Source: Thermodesulfobacteriota bacterium
Lineage (GTDB): Bacteria; Desulfobacterota; Desulfarculia; JACQYL01
Direction: 5' to 3'
NCBI GenBank assembly: GCA_963675595.2
Contig: CAXXLZ010000002.1
Coordinates: 3,456,001-3,520,000, forward strand
DNA: 64,000 nucleotides
The notes under the pieces are model-generated. The model was not told the DNA's origin. It made no database searches and worked only from the letters and a program-made list of their open reading frames with translations. A program made the translations under genes and the position numbers. This document shows positions 20,009 through 30,553 of this stretch, in pieces (the first letter of the stretch is position 1; the number at the start of each line of letters is the position of its first letter).

Positions 20009-21658
20009 ATGAACTGTAGGCGTTGGCTGACGCTCGCCCTCGTATTGACTCTTTCCTTCTTCACGGTGCAAGCCTGTGACAAACAAGATGATTCCGAATC
20101 CCACCCCGCGACGGAAACCGCTTCAATGGAACCCGCCTACGGCGGAGCTCTCGTGGAAGGCACGATAGGAGACGCTTCGAACCTGATTCCCATGTTGGCT
20201 TCGGACACATCATCGAGGGACATCATCAACCTTGTCTACAACGGATTGGTGAAATACGACAAAGACATGTCCTTGGTCGGCGACCTTGCGGAAAGCTGGG
20301 AGGTGTCCGAGGACGGCAAGATAATCACCTTCCATCTTCATAAGAAAGTCAATTGGCACGACGGCAGTCCGTTCACGGCCCAAGACGTGCTCTTCACATA
20401 CCAGGTGATGGTGGACGAGAAGACGCCCACGGCATACGGGAACGATTTTCTCCAGGTGGAGAAGGCCGAAGCGGTTGATGATTCTACGTTTCAAGTCACT
20501 TATAGCCGTCCGTTCGCGCCCGCACTGGCGAGCTGGGGCATGGGGATCGTGCCGAAACACCTGCTCGAGGGGCGGGACATCACGCAAAGCCCTCTGGCGC
20601 GGAATCCCGTTGGGACCGGCCCCTACACATTCCATCGTTGGGTTCCCGGCCAGGATATCGTGCTTCGAGCCAATCCGGATTATTTCGAGGGGAAGCCCTA
20701 TATCGCGGAGAACAGAACGCGGGTGATTCCGGACATGGCCACCATGTTTCTGGAGCTGAAGGCCGGAGGCGTGGACCTCATGTCATTGACGCCCCTGCAG
20801 TTCACCCGGCAGACCGAGGACCCGGCTTTCGCTTCCCATTTCAACAAGTACAGTTACTTGTCCAATGCGTACGTCTACTTGGGATATAATCTGCTCAACC
20901 CCAAGTTCAGCGACAAAACGGTGCGACAGGCCATTTCGTACGCGGTCAACAAACAGCAGATTCTGGACGGCGTGCTTCTGGGTCTCGGCGAACCTTCCAC
21001 CGGCCCCTACAAGCCCGGCAGCTGGTCTTACAATCCCAATGTGAAGAAATATCCCCATGACCCCGCCAAGGCTAAAGAGCTTCTGGCGGAAGCCGGTTGG
21101 ACGGACACGGACGAAGACGGAATTCTTGACAAAGACGGCGAACCCTTCGAGTTCACCATCCTTACCAATGAAGGGAATGAGAACCGCAAGAAGGCGGCCA
21201 TCATCATTCAGCAGAATCTCTCGGACGTCGGTATCAAAGTGGGCATCCGAACCGTGGAATGGTCTACTTTCCTGAAAGAGTTCATCGACAAGAAAGACTT
21301 TGAGGCCTTGGTAATGGGATGGACCATTCCGGCGGACCCGGACCTGTTCGATGTGTGGCATTCGACCAAGACCCGTCAGGGAGAGCTGAACTTCATTTCT
21401 TATAAGAACGAGGAAGTGGATAGGTTGATCGAGGAAGGGCGATATACGTTCGATCAGGAAAAGAGAAAGGCCGCCTATTACCGAATTCAGGAAATACTGG
21501 CCGAAGAGCAGCCGTACACTTTCCTCTATGTGCCCCGGGCGTTGGTGGCGGTGAGCAGTCGGGTCCAAGGTATAGAACCGTCCGCCAACGGCATCGCCTA
21601 CAATAGGGTAAAGTGGTACGTGCCGGCGGGGCTGCAGAAGTACTCGGTGGATCAGTAG
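20009..21658 (+). CDS. Peptide ABC transporter substrate-binding lipoprotein (family 5)
   Basis: Lipobox VQAC; GDLAESWEVS, WHDGSPFTAQDV and PVGTGPY; AAGGAG RBS. Confidence 0.93.
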   Translation: MNCRRWLTLALVLTLSFFTVQACDKQDDSESHPATETASMEPAYGGALVEGTIGDASNLIPMLASDTSSRDIINLVYNGLVKYDKDMSLVGDLAESWEVSEDGKIITFHLHKKVNWHDGSPFTAQDVLFTYQVMVDEKTPTAYGNDFLQVEKAEAVDDSTFQVTYSRPFAPALASWGMGIVPKHLLEGRDITQSPLARNPVGTGPYTFHRWVPGQDIVLRANPDYFEGKPYIAENRTRVIPDMATMFLELKAGGVDLMSLTPLQFTRQTEDPAFASHFNKYSYLSNAYVYLGYNLLNPKFSDKTVRQAISYAVNKQQILDGVLLGLGEPSTGPYKPGSWSYNPNVKKYPHDPAKAKELLAEAGWTDTDEDGILDKDGEPFEFTILTNEGNENRKKAAIIIQQNLSDVGIKVGIRTVEWSTFLKEFIDKKDFEALVMGWTIPADPDLFDVWHSTKTRQGELNFISYKNEEVDRLIEEGRYTFDQEKRKAAYYRIQEILAEEQPYTFLYVPRALVAVSSRVQGIEPSANGIAYNRVKWYVPAGLQKYSVDQ

Positions 21659-21869
21659 TCCTTCTCGAGAGAGGATTTCAATGATGGGCCGCCCGCTCTG
21701 GATTGTGGTCCGTCGCATAACCTACGGCGGCTTTTCGCCTGCGACGCGTTATAGGGTGCGATGCCGCCCGGTTCCGAATCCGGGTTCTCTCACGCTCGAT
21801 GTGTGGGCGGTGAAAGCCCTTCTGAGGGTATTTCAGATTTAAATCGGCAAGGAGTCGTTTTTCAGGAAG

Positions 21870-22844
21870 ATGTGGTTTTATGTTTTCAGGCGCTTGGTCG
21901 GGATGATCCCGTTATTGATCGGGATCACGATGATTTCCTTTGCCGTGATTCACCTGGCGCCCGGCTCGCCCGTCGACATGCAGACCGATCTCAACCCCAA
22001 AGCCTCTCCGGAAGCCCGGCTCCGACTTGAGAGGCTCTACGGTCTGGACAAGCCTTTGCACGTGCAATACATGCAATGGATCGGCAGACTTGTCCGACTG
22101 GATTTCGGCAGATCATTCTCCGCGGACAATCGTCCCGTCCTGGACAAAATTACCGAGAGACTTCCCATCACCATTCTAATCAACGCGCTGAGCCTTGCCT
22201 TGATTCTGTCCGTGGCGATCCCCATCGGCGTCTATGCGGCCTTAAGGCCGGATGGTATGTTCGACAAGAGCACAACCGTGTTCGTATTCGTGGGCTTTGC
22301 CATGCCCACGTTTTGGCTGGCGCTGTTATGCATGATCCTTTTCGGGGTTCATCTGGGCTGGCTCCCCATCAGCGGTCTTTCCTCTCCCAATGCGGAATCC
22401 CTGAGCACCTGGCCGTGGCTTGTGGACCGAGCGCGCCATTTGGTAATGCCCGTTCTGATCAGCGGGTTCACGGGACTTGCCGGTTTTTCGCGCTACATGC
22501 GTTCCAACATGCTTGAGGTCTTTCAACAGGACTACATCACCACGGCTCGCGCCAAAGGGCTTAGTGAAAGCAAAGTCATCTTCAAGCATGCTCTTAGAAA
22601 CGCGCTCATGCCCGTAATCACCATCCTGGGGCTCTCCCTGCCGACGTTGATCGGGGGAAGCGTGATCTTTGAATCCATTTTCGCCATTCCCGGCATGGGT
22701 CAGTTGTTTTATCAGAGCGTCATGGCCAGAGACTATCCCACCATCATGGGAGCCTTGGTCATCGGGGCGAGCCTGACGCTTCTGGGCAACATGTTGGCGG
22801 ACATCTCCTATGCGCTGATCGATCCGAGGATCAGGAAGTCATGA
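21870..22844 (+). CDS. Peptide ABC transporter permease (OppB/DppB-like)
   Basis: [23 protein letters not shown] (EAA loop) and KHALRNA. Confidence 0.95.
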   Translation: MWFYVFRRLVGMIPLLIGITMISFAVIHLAPGSPVDMQTDLNPKASPEARLRLERLYGLDKPLHVQYMQWIGRLVRLDFGRSFSADNRPVLDKITERLPITILINALSLALILSVAIPIGVYAALRPDGMFDKSTTVFVFVGFAMPTFWLALLCMILFGVHLGWLPISGLSSPNAESLSTWPWLVDRARHLVMPVLISGFTGLAGFSRYMRSNMLEVFQQDYITTARAKGLSESKVIFKHALRNALMPVITILGLSLPTLIGGSVIFESIFAIPGMGQLFYQSVMARDYPTIMGALVIGASLTLLGNMLADISYALIDPRIRKS

Positions 22845-23692
22845 AAATACGAGAGGGTTTGGGCGGCGAATTCCTGCGGAGATTTCAGAAGAACAAGTTG
22901 GCGGTCTCCGGAGGTCTGCTGGTGCTCGTGCTTTTCTTGGTGTCCTTCGCGGCCCCTCTCCTGGCCCCCTACGACCCCCATCGCATCGACGTCTCCCAAG
23001 TCCTGGCCGAGCCGACGAGGGATCATCCTTTCGGAACGGACCAATTGGGGAGGGACGTTTTGAGCAGGATGATCTTCGGTGCGAGAATTTCTCTCAAGGT
23101 CGGATTCGTCGCTGTGGGAATCGCCGTAACCATCGGGGTGCTTCTCGGTTCTCTGGCGGGCTACTACCGTGGATGGACGGATAGCGTCATCATGCGATTT
23201 GTGGATATCATGCTCTGCTTTCCTTCATTTTTTCTGATCCTGGCCGTGATCACGTTTCTCGAACCAAGCATTTATAACATCATGGCGGTCATCGGACTCA
23301 CCGGGTGGATGGGTGTGGCAAGGCTCGTGCGCGCGGAGTTTCTGAGCCTGAGAGAACGCGAGTTCGTCTTGGCCGCCCGTGCGGCGGGAGCGGGCGATCT
23401 TCGCATCATCTTCCTTCATATTTTGCGTAATGCCTGGCCGCCCGTATTGGTGAGCGCCACCTTAGGGGTGGCGGGCGCCATCCTCACGGAAAGCGCTCTG
23501 AGTTTCCTGGGTATCGGGGTACAGCCCCCCACTCCCAGTTGGGGGAACATTTTGACCGAAGGGAAAGACAATCTGCAGATCGCATGGTGGCTTTCCGTCT
23601 ATCCCGGGTTGGCCATTCTGCTGAGCGTCCTGGGTTTCAACCTTCTCGGCGAAGGAATTCAGTCCGCTCTGAACCCCAAACTGCGGAAATGA
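22841..23692 (+). CDS. Peptide ABC transporter permease (OppC/DppC-like)
   Basis: [23 protein letters not shown] and ESALSFLG; ATGA overlap with the upstream permease. Confidence 0.95.
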   Translation: MKIREGLGGEFLRRFQKNKLAVSGGLLVLVLFLVSFAAPLLAPYDPHRIDVSQVLAEPTRDHPFGTDQLGRDVLSRMIFGARISLKVGFVAVGIAVTIGVLLGSLAGYYRGWTDSVIMRFVDIMLCFPSFFLILAVITFLEPSIYNIMAVIGLTGWMGVARLVRAEFLSLREREFVLAARAAGAGDLRIIFLHILRNAWPPVLVSATLGVAGAILTESALSFLGIGVQPPTPSWGNILTEGKDNLQIAWWLSVYPGLAILLSVLGFNLLGEGIQSALNPKLRK

Positions 23693-23844
23693 AGTGTTCC
23701 CGGTCGCGGGCCTTCGGAAGCGTGCACAGCACGCCGTCGGGGGTTCGAGGCTAGAAGGGGCGAAGGCAAGCGGGGAAGGCCGAGCAGGCCGGCCTTTCAT
23801 CTCGCGAATCAATGGTAGTGTGGTCATCGCAAGCGAGGCGCGCC

Positions 23845-25011
23845 ATGAAACTTGGTTTGGAAGTCCTCCTGGAAGAGCATCCCGCTTATCTCAGCAAAGC
23901 CCGTTTCGGCTTGCTCTCCAACCAAGCATCCGTGGATTCGCGGTTGCGGTCGGCCCATGTGCTGTTGCATGAGCAATATCCCGACACGCTTCAATGCCTG
24001 TTTTCCCCCCAGCATGGATTTCGAGGGGAAAAACAGGATAACATGATCGAATCTCCCACCTACCATGATCTTCGTACAGGTTTGAAGGTCCACTCTCTTT
24101 ACGGAGAAGAGCGTTCTCCTTCACGTTCGATGCTCAATGAAATCGATTTCGTGGTCATCGACCTTCAAGATGTCGGAACGCGGGTGTACACCTTCATCTA
24201 CACCATGGCCCTCTGTCTGGAGGCCTGCAAGGCCTTGGGGAAGCGGGTCGTGGTCCTTGATCGCCCCAATCCCATCGGCGGGCGGTGGGTACAGGGGAAC
24301 GTCCTGGAGGCGGACTGGACCTCCTTTGTCGGTATGTTTCCCATCCCCATGAGGCACGGGATGACCATCGGGGAGCTTGCCTTGTTGTTCAATTCGCGGT
24401 TCGGTATCGGAGCGGATCTGACCGTGGTGCCTCTCCGAGGGTGGCTTCGGCACTGGAATCATCCCCAGACGGGGCGCGTATTCGTGCCGCCCTCACCCAA
24501 CATGCCGTGCTATGAAACCGCCTTGGTATACCCGGGTCAGGTGATTTGGGAAGGCACCAACATATCGGAAGGGCGAGGCACCACTCGGCCCTTCGAGGTC
24601 TTCGGGGCTCCTTTCCTGCGCACCGTGGAATTGGAGAAACAATTCCGCGGAAGGGAGATTCCGGGGGTGTTTTTGAGGGAAATCTCCTTTGAGCCCACGT
24701 TCCACAAGTGGGCCGGGCGTCTCTGCCACGGGTTCCATCTGCATATCACGGAGCCGGAAGCGGCGGACCCGTTTTTCGTTTCTCTGTGCCTGCTCCAGGA
24801 TGTTATCGAACTGCATCCCGAAGACTTCCAGTGGAAATCCCCTCCTTATGAGTACGAAACAGAGCGCATGCCCATCCACCTTATCCTGGGAAGCCGTTCG
24901 CTGAGAGAGAAAGCGGAATCCGGCGGAGACCTGGAAGAAGAAAAGCGTCGGTGGGAAGAAGCTGCCGAACGGTTCAACGCGGACCGTCGTGTCGCTCTTC
25001 TTTATCCGTAA
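23845..25011 (+). CDS. DUF1343 / NamZ-family exo-beta-N-acetylmuramidase
   Basis: FSPQHG, HSLYG, DLQDVGTRVYT, LDRPNPIGG, RHGMTIGE, PSPNMP and EGRGTT. Confidence 0.9.
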   Translation: MKLGLEVLLEEHPAYLSKARFGLLSNQASVDSRLRSAHVLLHEQYPDTLQCLFSPQHGFRGEKQDNMIESPTYHDLRTGLKVHSLYGEERSPSRSMLNEIDFVVIDLQDVGTRVYTFIYTMALCLEACKALGKRVVVLDRPNPIGGRWVQGNVLEADWTSFVGMFPIPMRHGMTIGELALLFNSRFGIGADLTVVPLRGWLRHWNHPQTGRVFVPPSPNMPCYETALVYPGQVIWEGTNISEGRGTTRPFEVFGAPFLRTVELEKQFRGREIPGVFLREISFEPTFHKWAGRLCHGFHLHITEPEAADPFFVSLCLLQDVIELHPEDFQWKSPPYEYETERMPIHLILGSRSLREKAESGGDLEEEKRRWEEAAERFNADRRVALLYP

Positions 25012-25642
25012 GAATCTACGTCCACGCAGAACAGTCTCATACCGTTGTTCGTATCGCAGCCTTTTGCTTGTGCTTCCCCGCAGAAAGCATGCCCTCGGAA
25101 AACGCGGGAGGGTGCGTGTGCACGTTCCCGGTGGGCGTGAGTCTCGAATACTCCCTGAGCCGTCAAGTCGATCAAGCCTCTGCAAAGGTCCAAGGTCCGC
25201 ACCGGGATCCCATCTTCGGCGACAGGACGAGTTTTCCGGCTGTCGGACAAGAGGACCATGTCTTTTCCATGTCGTTCGTTCCGATGGGATGCGGCGGAGC
25301 CGTTAAAGGGCGTGCCGCACCCGCTTTCCCTCGTGTTTGCCGAAAAACAAGCGTCTTCTCGTTCTTAAAGCCTGATGCAGGATACTTTATATGGTGGTTT
25401 ATTTGTCATTGCCTACAATATAAAGGGTACTATGGTTTGTTGAATGAGAATGGAAGAGCCTACTTGGTTGACTCGGCCAAGAGTCACGGCATGAGTATGC
25501 TTCGGTGTTGGGTAGTTTAGATGTTACGATCCATGTTGTGGCGATGGACAAGGGTAATCTTAGGTGGATGAAAAGAACTCAAGTCAAGAATGTGTTGATC
25601 CGATGTTAGCATTGACTATGGGATATATCGTTATTTTCTTTC

Positions 25643-25670
25643 TTGACACGGGGTCCAATGGATTTATAAT
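25643..25670 (+). promoter_or_regulatory. Consensus sigma70 promoter of mucR
   Basis: TTGACA-N16-TATAAT, followed by an AGGAGG RBS. Confidence 0.8.
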
Positions 25671-25702
25671 AGGATGCAACTAATCAAAATAGGAGGTGAG
25701 GG

Positions 25703-26146
25703 ATGACGAAATCGTTGACGGAAATGGCCGTTGAAATAGTACAGGCTCAGGCGGGTCAGGGCAAGATGAGTCCCGAGGAAATCGAGTCCGCCCTTCAGAA
25801 GACCTACGCAACACTTAGGGACATCCAGGGAGTGGAGGAAGGCAACAAGGCGGTGGAAGAGTCCGAAGAATCGACGGAACTGGAATTGTTGAGAAAGGAT
25901 CCCCTGAAGTCTATTCAGCGTAACCGCATTATCAGCCTGGAAAACGGGCAGGAATTCAAGGTAATCACCAATCGGCACCTGCAGCAATTCGGCCTCACCA
26001 CCAAAGAGTACAAGAAGAAGTGGGGAATCCCCACGAACCAGCCGTTGGCGGCCAAATCCCTCACGGCCAAAAGGAAGAAATGGGCTAAAGAGCGAGGTCT
26101 GGGAGAGATGCTCAAGCAGGCCCGTGCGAGCAAAGCTAGAGCGTAA
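25703..26146 (+). CDS. MucR/Ros family regulator (nucleoid-associated silencer)
   Basis: LTEMAVEIVQAQ; KSIQRNRIISLENGQEFKVITNRHLQQFGLTTKEYKKKWGIP...PLAA. Confidence 0.9.
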   Translation: MTKSLTEMAVEIVQAQAGQGKMSPEEIESALQKTYATLRDIQGVEEGNKAVEESEESTELELLRKDPLKSIQRNRIISLENGQEFKVITNRHLQQFGLTTKEYKKKWGIPTNQPLAAKSLTAKRKKWAKERGLGEMLKQARASKARA

Positions 26147-26472
26147 GCGGGTCCGGTGGGCTTGGATTTCGTTTTCGGCCGTTGGAAAAGCGACGGAGAT
26201 GAGGAACTCATCCGGGAGTCTGCAAGGCCGGCTCCGTTTGGGATGGTCGCGTTCCGGGAGGGTGCCGCCTAAGCTCGAAAACGGCCGATCAAGGCAACGA
26301 CCTTGCTCGTGCTATCCCCGGACTATCTCGATAAAAAGACGGGAAGAGAAGATCAGGAAATAAGTCTTGTCTCGAAGGAGTGTTCCGCTAGTGCGAGCCT
26401 GAGGGCGGTTCGGGGGCAATTGTCCGGATTGCCTCCGTGTTCTTGATTCCTTCACTATGTAGGTTCTCCGCC

Positions 26473-27318
26473 TTACCCGGTGAGACTCCGGCCCTTCACC
26501 AGCATTGTCTTTTTGAATAACCGCACTTCCTTTACCGTTCGGACACCTAGAAGCTCGTTGAGCCGAACCAGAATGGTGTGCGACAGGATTTCGCGGTTGT
26601 ATGTTTGGCTTTCCAGCAAAGGCGGTGTCTTAAGGATGATGAAGATTGTTCCTCGGACCGACCCGAGGTGATCTTCAATCAGATATTCGTCGCCGGGCCG
26701 AATAACCAGCGTAGCGGTCACTCTCCAGAACCCGTTCATCCCCTCCTCGGTAATGGGCACGAGAAATGGTTCCAGGTGGACATAGGGTGTTTCCGTGTTA
26801 CGGGTCCCCTTGGTCACCACATTGCGCGGAGGGCTCTGGGGCAGCTCCTGTTCCTCCGGCGGAATCAGTATATACATGACCACAATGATCAAGCACAGAG
26901 CCAGAACGCCGCCTGTAAGCCAAAGGTGATCGGAGATCAACGACAGAAGTGAGCGTTTGGGGGAGGCATCTGGAGGCGGCTCTTCTTGCTCGTCTTCTTC
27001 ACGAGGTCTGGTGGGGAGGGCGGAAGGGGTTTCTTCAGGTATCTCGGCTTTCCCGATCTCCAGCAGGTCCAGTTCGGCCAGTTTCTCTTCGGGCCGGGCC
27101 GTGGCGTCGATCTCGCCTTCAAGAGCGGACCAGTCGAAGCTGTCGTCGAAAAGAATTCTTTCGGTGATTCCTTCACCTTTTTTGAAAATTCTCTCCGACT
27201 TGATCGCGGTCTTCTTGGCCGCTTTCTTTAGTTTGTCTTGGGACCAGAGCATCTCATCGTCTTCTTCGATGAGATCCTCGAGATCCAAATCCTCGGGTGA
27301 AATTTTGTCTTCCGGCAT
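26473..27318 (-). CDS. FliL-like single-pass membrane protein with a long acidic N-terminus
   Basis: Acidic cytoplasmic region, one TM segment, then LEPFLVP...VRGTIF...RLNELLG..VKEVRL, which resembles the FliL C-domain. Confidence 0.55.
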   Translation of the reverse strand: MPEDKISPEDLDLEDLIEEDDEMLWSQDKLKKAAKKTAIKSERIFKKGEGITERILFDDSFDWSALEGEIDATARPEEKLAELDLLEIGKAEIPEETPSALPTRPREEDEQEEPPPDASPKRSLLSLISDHLWLTGGVLALCLIIVVMYILIPPEEQELPQSPPRNVVTKGTRNTETPYVHLEPFLVPITEEGMNGFWRVTATLVIRPGDEYLIEDHLGSVRGTIFIILKTPPLLESQTYNREILSHTILVRLNELLGVRTVKEVRLFKKTMLVKGRSLTG

Positions 27319-27438
27319 AGCCTCAGCTCCAAGGCAAGTTGCATGGACACGTTACGAACCCGGCCGTGGAACGGCTCATGGGTCGGAAGGAAGAGGGAAA
27401 AGAGGACGATCTCAGCCCTATCGTGTTCACTGAGAGAA

Positions 27439-27465
27439 ACATCGGCACGAATCCGGAAAAACTCA
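27439..27465 (-). promoter_or_regulatory. Possible sigma28 (FliA) promoter
   Basis: Minus strand TGAG-N15-GCCGATGT versus consensus TAAA-N15-GCCGATAA. Confidence 0.35.
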
Positions 27466-27615
27466 ACTTGAGCCTGTGGGGTCGGTATCGTCCTGTAGAC
27501 TATCTCTTCATTCCATTCGTCTTCAAGCGTATAAGAAAAATGGGAACCCTGTAGAACGGCAATCTTGGAGCTGCAAAGTCAAAGCGCCGGGAAGCCGAGC
27601 TCCTTTGTGTGAATA

Positions 27616-28245
27616 ATGAGTCCGCCTCCGGATACTTTTGACGTGGAATATCCAACGGAATCGGTAGACCTTGCTGAATTCGTTCGCAGGGCGGTCGGCG
27701 GCGAGCGTGACGCTTTTGATGAGCTTGTGAGGAATTTTCACGAGAGGCTCTACCGGTTCGTCTATTTCAGAGCGGGTTCGGAATCGGACGCTTGGGATCT
27801 GACCCGGGACATATGGATGCGGGCGTTCGAGAAATTGCACGGATTGAGGGATCCGGCGTTGTTTAAACCCTGGCTTTTCCGTATGGCGGCAAATCGAGTG
27901 AAAGACTTTCTGCGCAGAAAACGTATTCGAAAGTTGGTCGGATTCGGGGATTTGGGGAACGAAACGGACCGACCCGAGGAGCGAATCCGAGACTTGGCGC
28001 CCGACGGCTTTGACAGACTGGTGCGCAAGGAATTCAGACAAACGACGGAGGTTATGTTTGCTTTCTTCTCCAAGAAGGAAAAAGAGGTCTTTCGAATGAG
28101 GCACTTCGATCAGCTCTCCATTCGTGAAATCTCCGAGATTCTTCGTTCAAGTGAGTCCAGCGTGAAGACACACTTGTACCGGGCGTTGGATAAGGCCAGG
28201 AAATCCGGCTTGCTGGAAGAATTCAGGGAAGGAGGGATTCCTTGA
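27616..28245 (+). CDS. ECF RNA polymerase sigma factor
   Basis: AFDELV, FKPWLFRMAANRVKD (region 2) and LSIREISEIL..SESSVKTHLYRA (region 4). Confidence 0.92.
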   Translation: MSPPPDTFDVEYPTESVDLAEFVRRAVGGERDAFDELVRNFHERLYRFVYFRAGSESDAWDLTRDIWMRAFEKLHGLRDPALFKPWLFRMAANRVKDFLRRKRIRKLVGFGDLGNETDRPEERIRDLAPDGFDRLVRKEFRQTTEVMFAFFSKKEKEVFRMRHFDQLSIREISEILRSSESSVKTHLYRALDKARKSGLLEEFREGGIP

Positions 28246-28787
28246 TGAGTCTGCTGAACAGCCGACATCTCAGTGAGGATGCGGTCATAAGGGGAGTGGT
28301 GGATTCGCGGGATTTGAGCGCCGCCGAACTCGAGCACCTGCGTGATTGTCCTGTTTGCCGGAGTCGGCTGGATGAGTTGTCCTGCTCCCTGGAGGGGCTT
28401 GGTCGGGCGGCCCAGGCTGCCGTTCCCCCAGCTCCGCCTTTGCCGACCATCGGAGGATCGTCCCCCCAGAGGGTGGAGGCGGGCCGCCCATGGATGGTTT
28501 GGTGTTCTTTCAAGCCTGTGGCCGCCGCCGCAGCCCTGCTGGTTGTGGTCTTGTGGATCGGGGTTTTCAGGGATCGGACTCCGCCGGGGAAGACCTTGTG
28601 GAAAATGACCGAGAACAGCGAATTGTTCGGCTTGGATGAAAGGGAAGCAGAGGATTTGCTGCCTGAAAAACTCGTCCAACTCACCGAGGTCGAGCCGCTG
28701 GTCGCAAGCGATGAATTCCTGGAATTTATCGTACCCTCGTTTGAAGAAGCGGACCTTCAACCGGAAACTGAGGAGGGAGTTTCATGA
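28242..28787 (+). CDS. Zinc-binding (zf-HC2) membrane anti-sigma factor
   Basis: HLSED...EHLRDCPVC (HxxxCxxC), one TM segment, translationally coupled to the sigma factor. Confidence 0.8.
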   Translation: MMSLLNSRHLSEDAVIRGVVDSRDLSAAELEHLRDCPVCRSRLDELSCSLEGLGRAAQAAVPPAPPLPTIGGSSPQRVEAGRPWMVWCSFKPVAAAAALLVVVLWIGVFRDRTPPGKTLWKMTENSELFGLDEREAEDLLPEKLVQLTEVEPLVASDEFLEFIVPSFEEADLQPETEEGVS

Positions 28788-29281
28788 GCCCGAGATCCGG
28801 GTTTTGTTTTATGTCGATTGTGATCGGCGTCTTGGCCTTCAGCGCGTCGATCTCCCACGGCACTGATTTGCCCGCGGGACGATGGTGGAAACGCCCCATG
28901 GTGATTCAGCGATTGGGACTTAACGAGGAGCAGAGGCGGAAACTGGACGAAGCGCTGCTTGTACACAAGAAGGAGATCATTGAACTGCGTGCGATGGTCG
29001 ATAAAGAAAAGCTGGAATTGGAGGTCGGCTTCGGTCGAAAAGACCTTAACGATGCCCAAGTGATGGAGGTTTTCAGAAGACTCGAGCAAGCGAGATCACG
29101 TCTGGCCGAAGCACGTTTCAAGTTTGTGCTCTCCGTCAGAAAGATATTGAGTTATGATCAGTTTCAAACACTCGTGGAGCTTTTCGATGAACTCAAGAAA
29201 AGGAAAGGGCCGGGCGGTCCCCGTCGAGGAATGCAAGGCGGGGACCCCTATCCGGCCTACCCCGAGCCCCAACCACGGTAG
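28784..29281 (+). CDS. Periplasmic Spy/CpxP/ZraP-like protein
   Basis: Signal peptide; GRWWK, LGLNEEQ and ILSYDQF (LTxxQ-like motifs). Confidence 0.8.
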   Translation: MSPRSGFCFMSIVIGVLAFSASISHGTDLPAGRWWKRPMVIQRLGLNEEQRRKLDEALLVHKKEIIELRAMVDKEKLELEVGFGRKDLNDAQVMEVFRRLEQARSRLAEARFKFVLSVRKILSYDQFQTLVELFDELKKRKGPGGPRRGMQGGDPYPAYPEPQPR

Positions 29282-29538
29282 TTGGCCGCTCGGATCCGTT
29301 TGGGGCGGGCGTCCAAAGGGGAAGCCCTCGAGAAGCCGCGGGATTTTCAGCGAGGGCCGTTTCCCCGTGCCTATTATGAACCTACTCAACCGAAAGCCAC
29401 GGAGATCATGGACGGTGATCGGGTTCGCCCGTTACCCGCTCGTAGGACGTAATTGAGCGGGGGAGGGCGTTTCGATGTGGTTTTTCAACGTGGGACATGG
29501 GAGAGAAGTCGGATCGGTTGGAGCGAGTCACCCACCTG

Positions 29539-30243
29539 TCAGTGGATGGTTTCTACCCATTGCTTCGCCAGTATCCTGAAATAGGCCATTTCATCGGACG
29601 AATACGGCTTGATTTCACGAAAATCAAGATTGAGGGCGTCTTCCGGCTGAAAATGCTGCAATCGCCAGGAAGAGGCCCCTTGAAGCGCCAGCGCCATCTC
29701 AATTATTTCGCGCTCTCCGTGAAGGCCCGGGACCACGGTAGTGCGGAACTCGTTGGGAATGCCGGACGTTTTCAAGACCGCTATGGATCGTGAGATGGCG
29801 TCGGTGTCCACCGTGGTACCCGCGCACCCGGAATAAGCCTCGGGCTCAAGGGGACCCTTCAAGTCCATGGAAACGGAATCCAGCAGCCCGGCATTCAGCA
29901 AACTCTCGATGACTGAAGGGTTGCTGCCGTTGGTGTCCAATTTCACGGCGAATCCACGGCCTCTCAGCTCACGCATCAAAGTTTCCAGGCCCTGTTGAAG
30001 CGTGGGCTCTCCCCCGGTGACCGTAACACCGTCTATCCAGCTCCCGAAGGATTCCAGTCGTTCCAAAACGTCCTCCAAAGGGTGGGAGAACAGGCTTTCA
30101 GGCGACAGGACCAAAGGATGATTATGGCAAAAGGGACATCGGAAGTTGCAGCCTCCCGTGAACAGCACGGCGGAAACACGACCGGGCCAATCCACAAAGG
30201 AGGTTTCGATGATTCCCTTAATTTCAACACCCTTCGGGAGCAT
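29539..30243 (-). CDS. nrdG: Anaerobic ribonucleotide reductase activating enzyme (radical SAM)
   Basis: SFVDWPG, GCNFRCPFCHN, TGGEPT, KLDTNG and EFRTT; downstream of nrdD. Confidence 0.93.
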   Translation of the reverse strand: MLPKGVEIKGIIETSFVDWPGRVSAVLFTGGCNFRCPFCHNHPLVLSPESLFSHPLEDVLERLESFGSWIDGVTVTGGEPTLQQGLETLMRELRGRGFAVKLDTNGSNPSVIESLLNAGLLDSVSMDLKGPLEPEAYSGCAGTTVDTDAISRSIAVLKTSGIPNEFRTTVVPGLHGEREIIEMALALQGASSWRLQHFQPEDALNLDFREIKPYSSDEMAYFRILAKQWVETIH

Positions 30244-30251
30244 GTTTGGTT

Positions 30252-30536
30252 CTAGTCCGTAAAAACTCGGAGTCCGACGAGTTGTTTGGGCTTGGCTCCG
30301 GATTCATGGAGATGCCGGCAAATCGGTTGGACGCCGGCAATTGAAGAACAATCGTCCAGGACCAGGATGGGGAGTTCTTTTCGAGCGGTTTCCACGAGTT
30401 CGTGCCATGCGAGGTGGGCTAGTGCGGAAGAATTCTCCGGGCCCAGTTCCTCGATGTTGATGCCCAGGTCGGCCAAGTCGAACTGGTCCTTCACATAGTC
30501 GCAGTTCGTACAACTGCTCTTGGTGAACAACGTCAT
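30252..30536 (-). CDS. Glutaredoxin/NrdH-like redoxin
   Basis: LFTKSSCTNCDYVK CxxC and LPILV cis-Pro motif; GGAGAGG RBS. Confidence 0.8.
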   Translation of the reverse strand: MTLFTKSSCTNCDYVKDQFDLADLGINIEELGPENSSALAHLAWHELVETARKELPILVLDDCSSIAGVQPICRHLHESGAKPKQLVGLRVFTD

Positions 30537-30553
30537 GAACCTCTCCTTTGATT

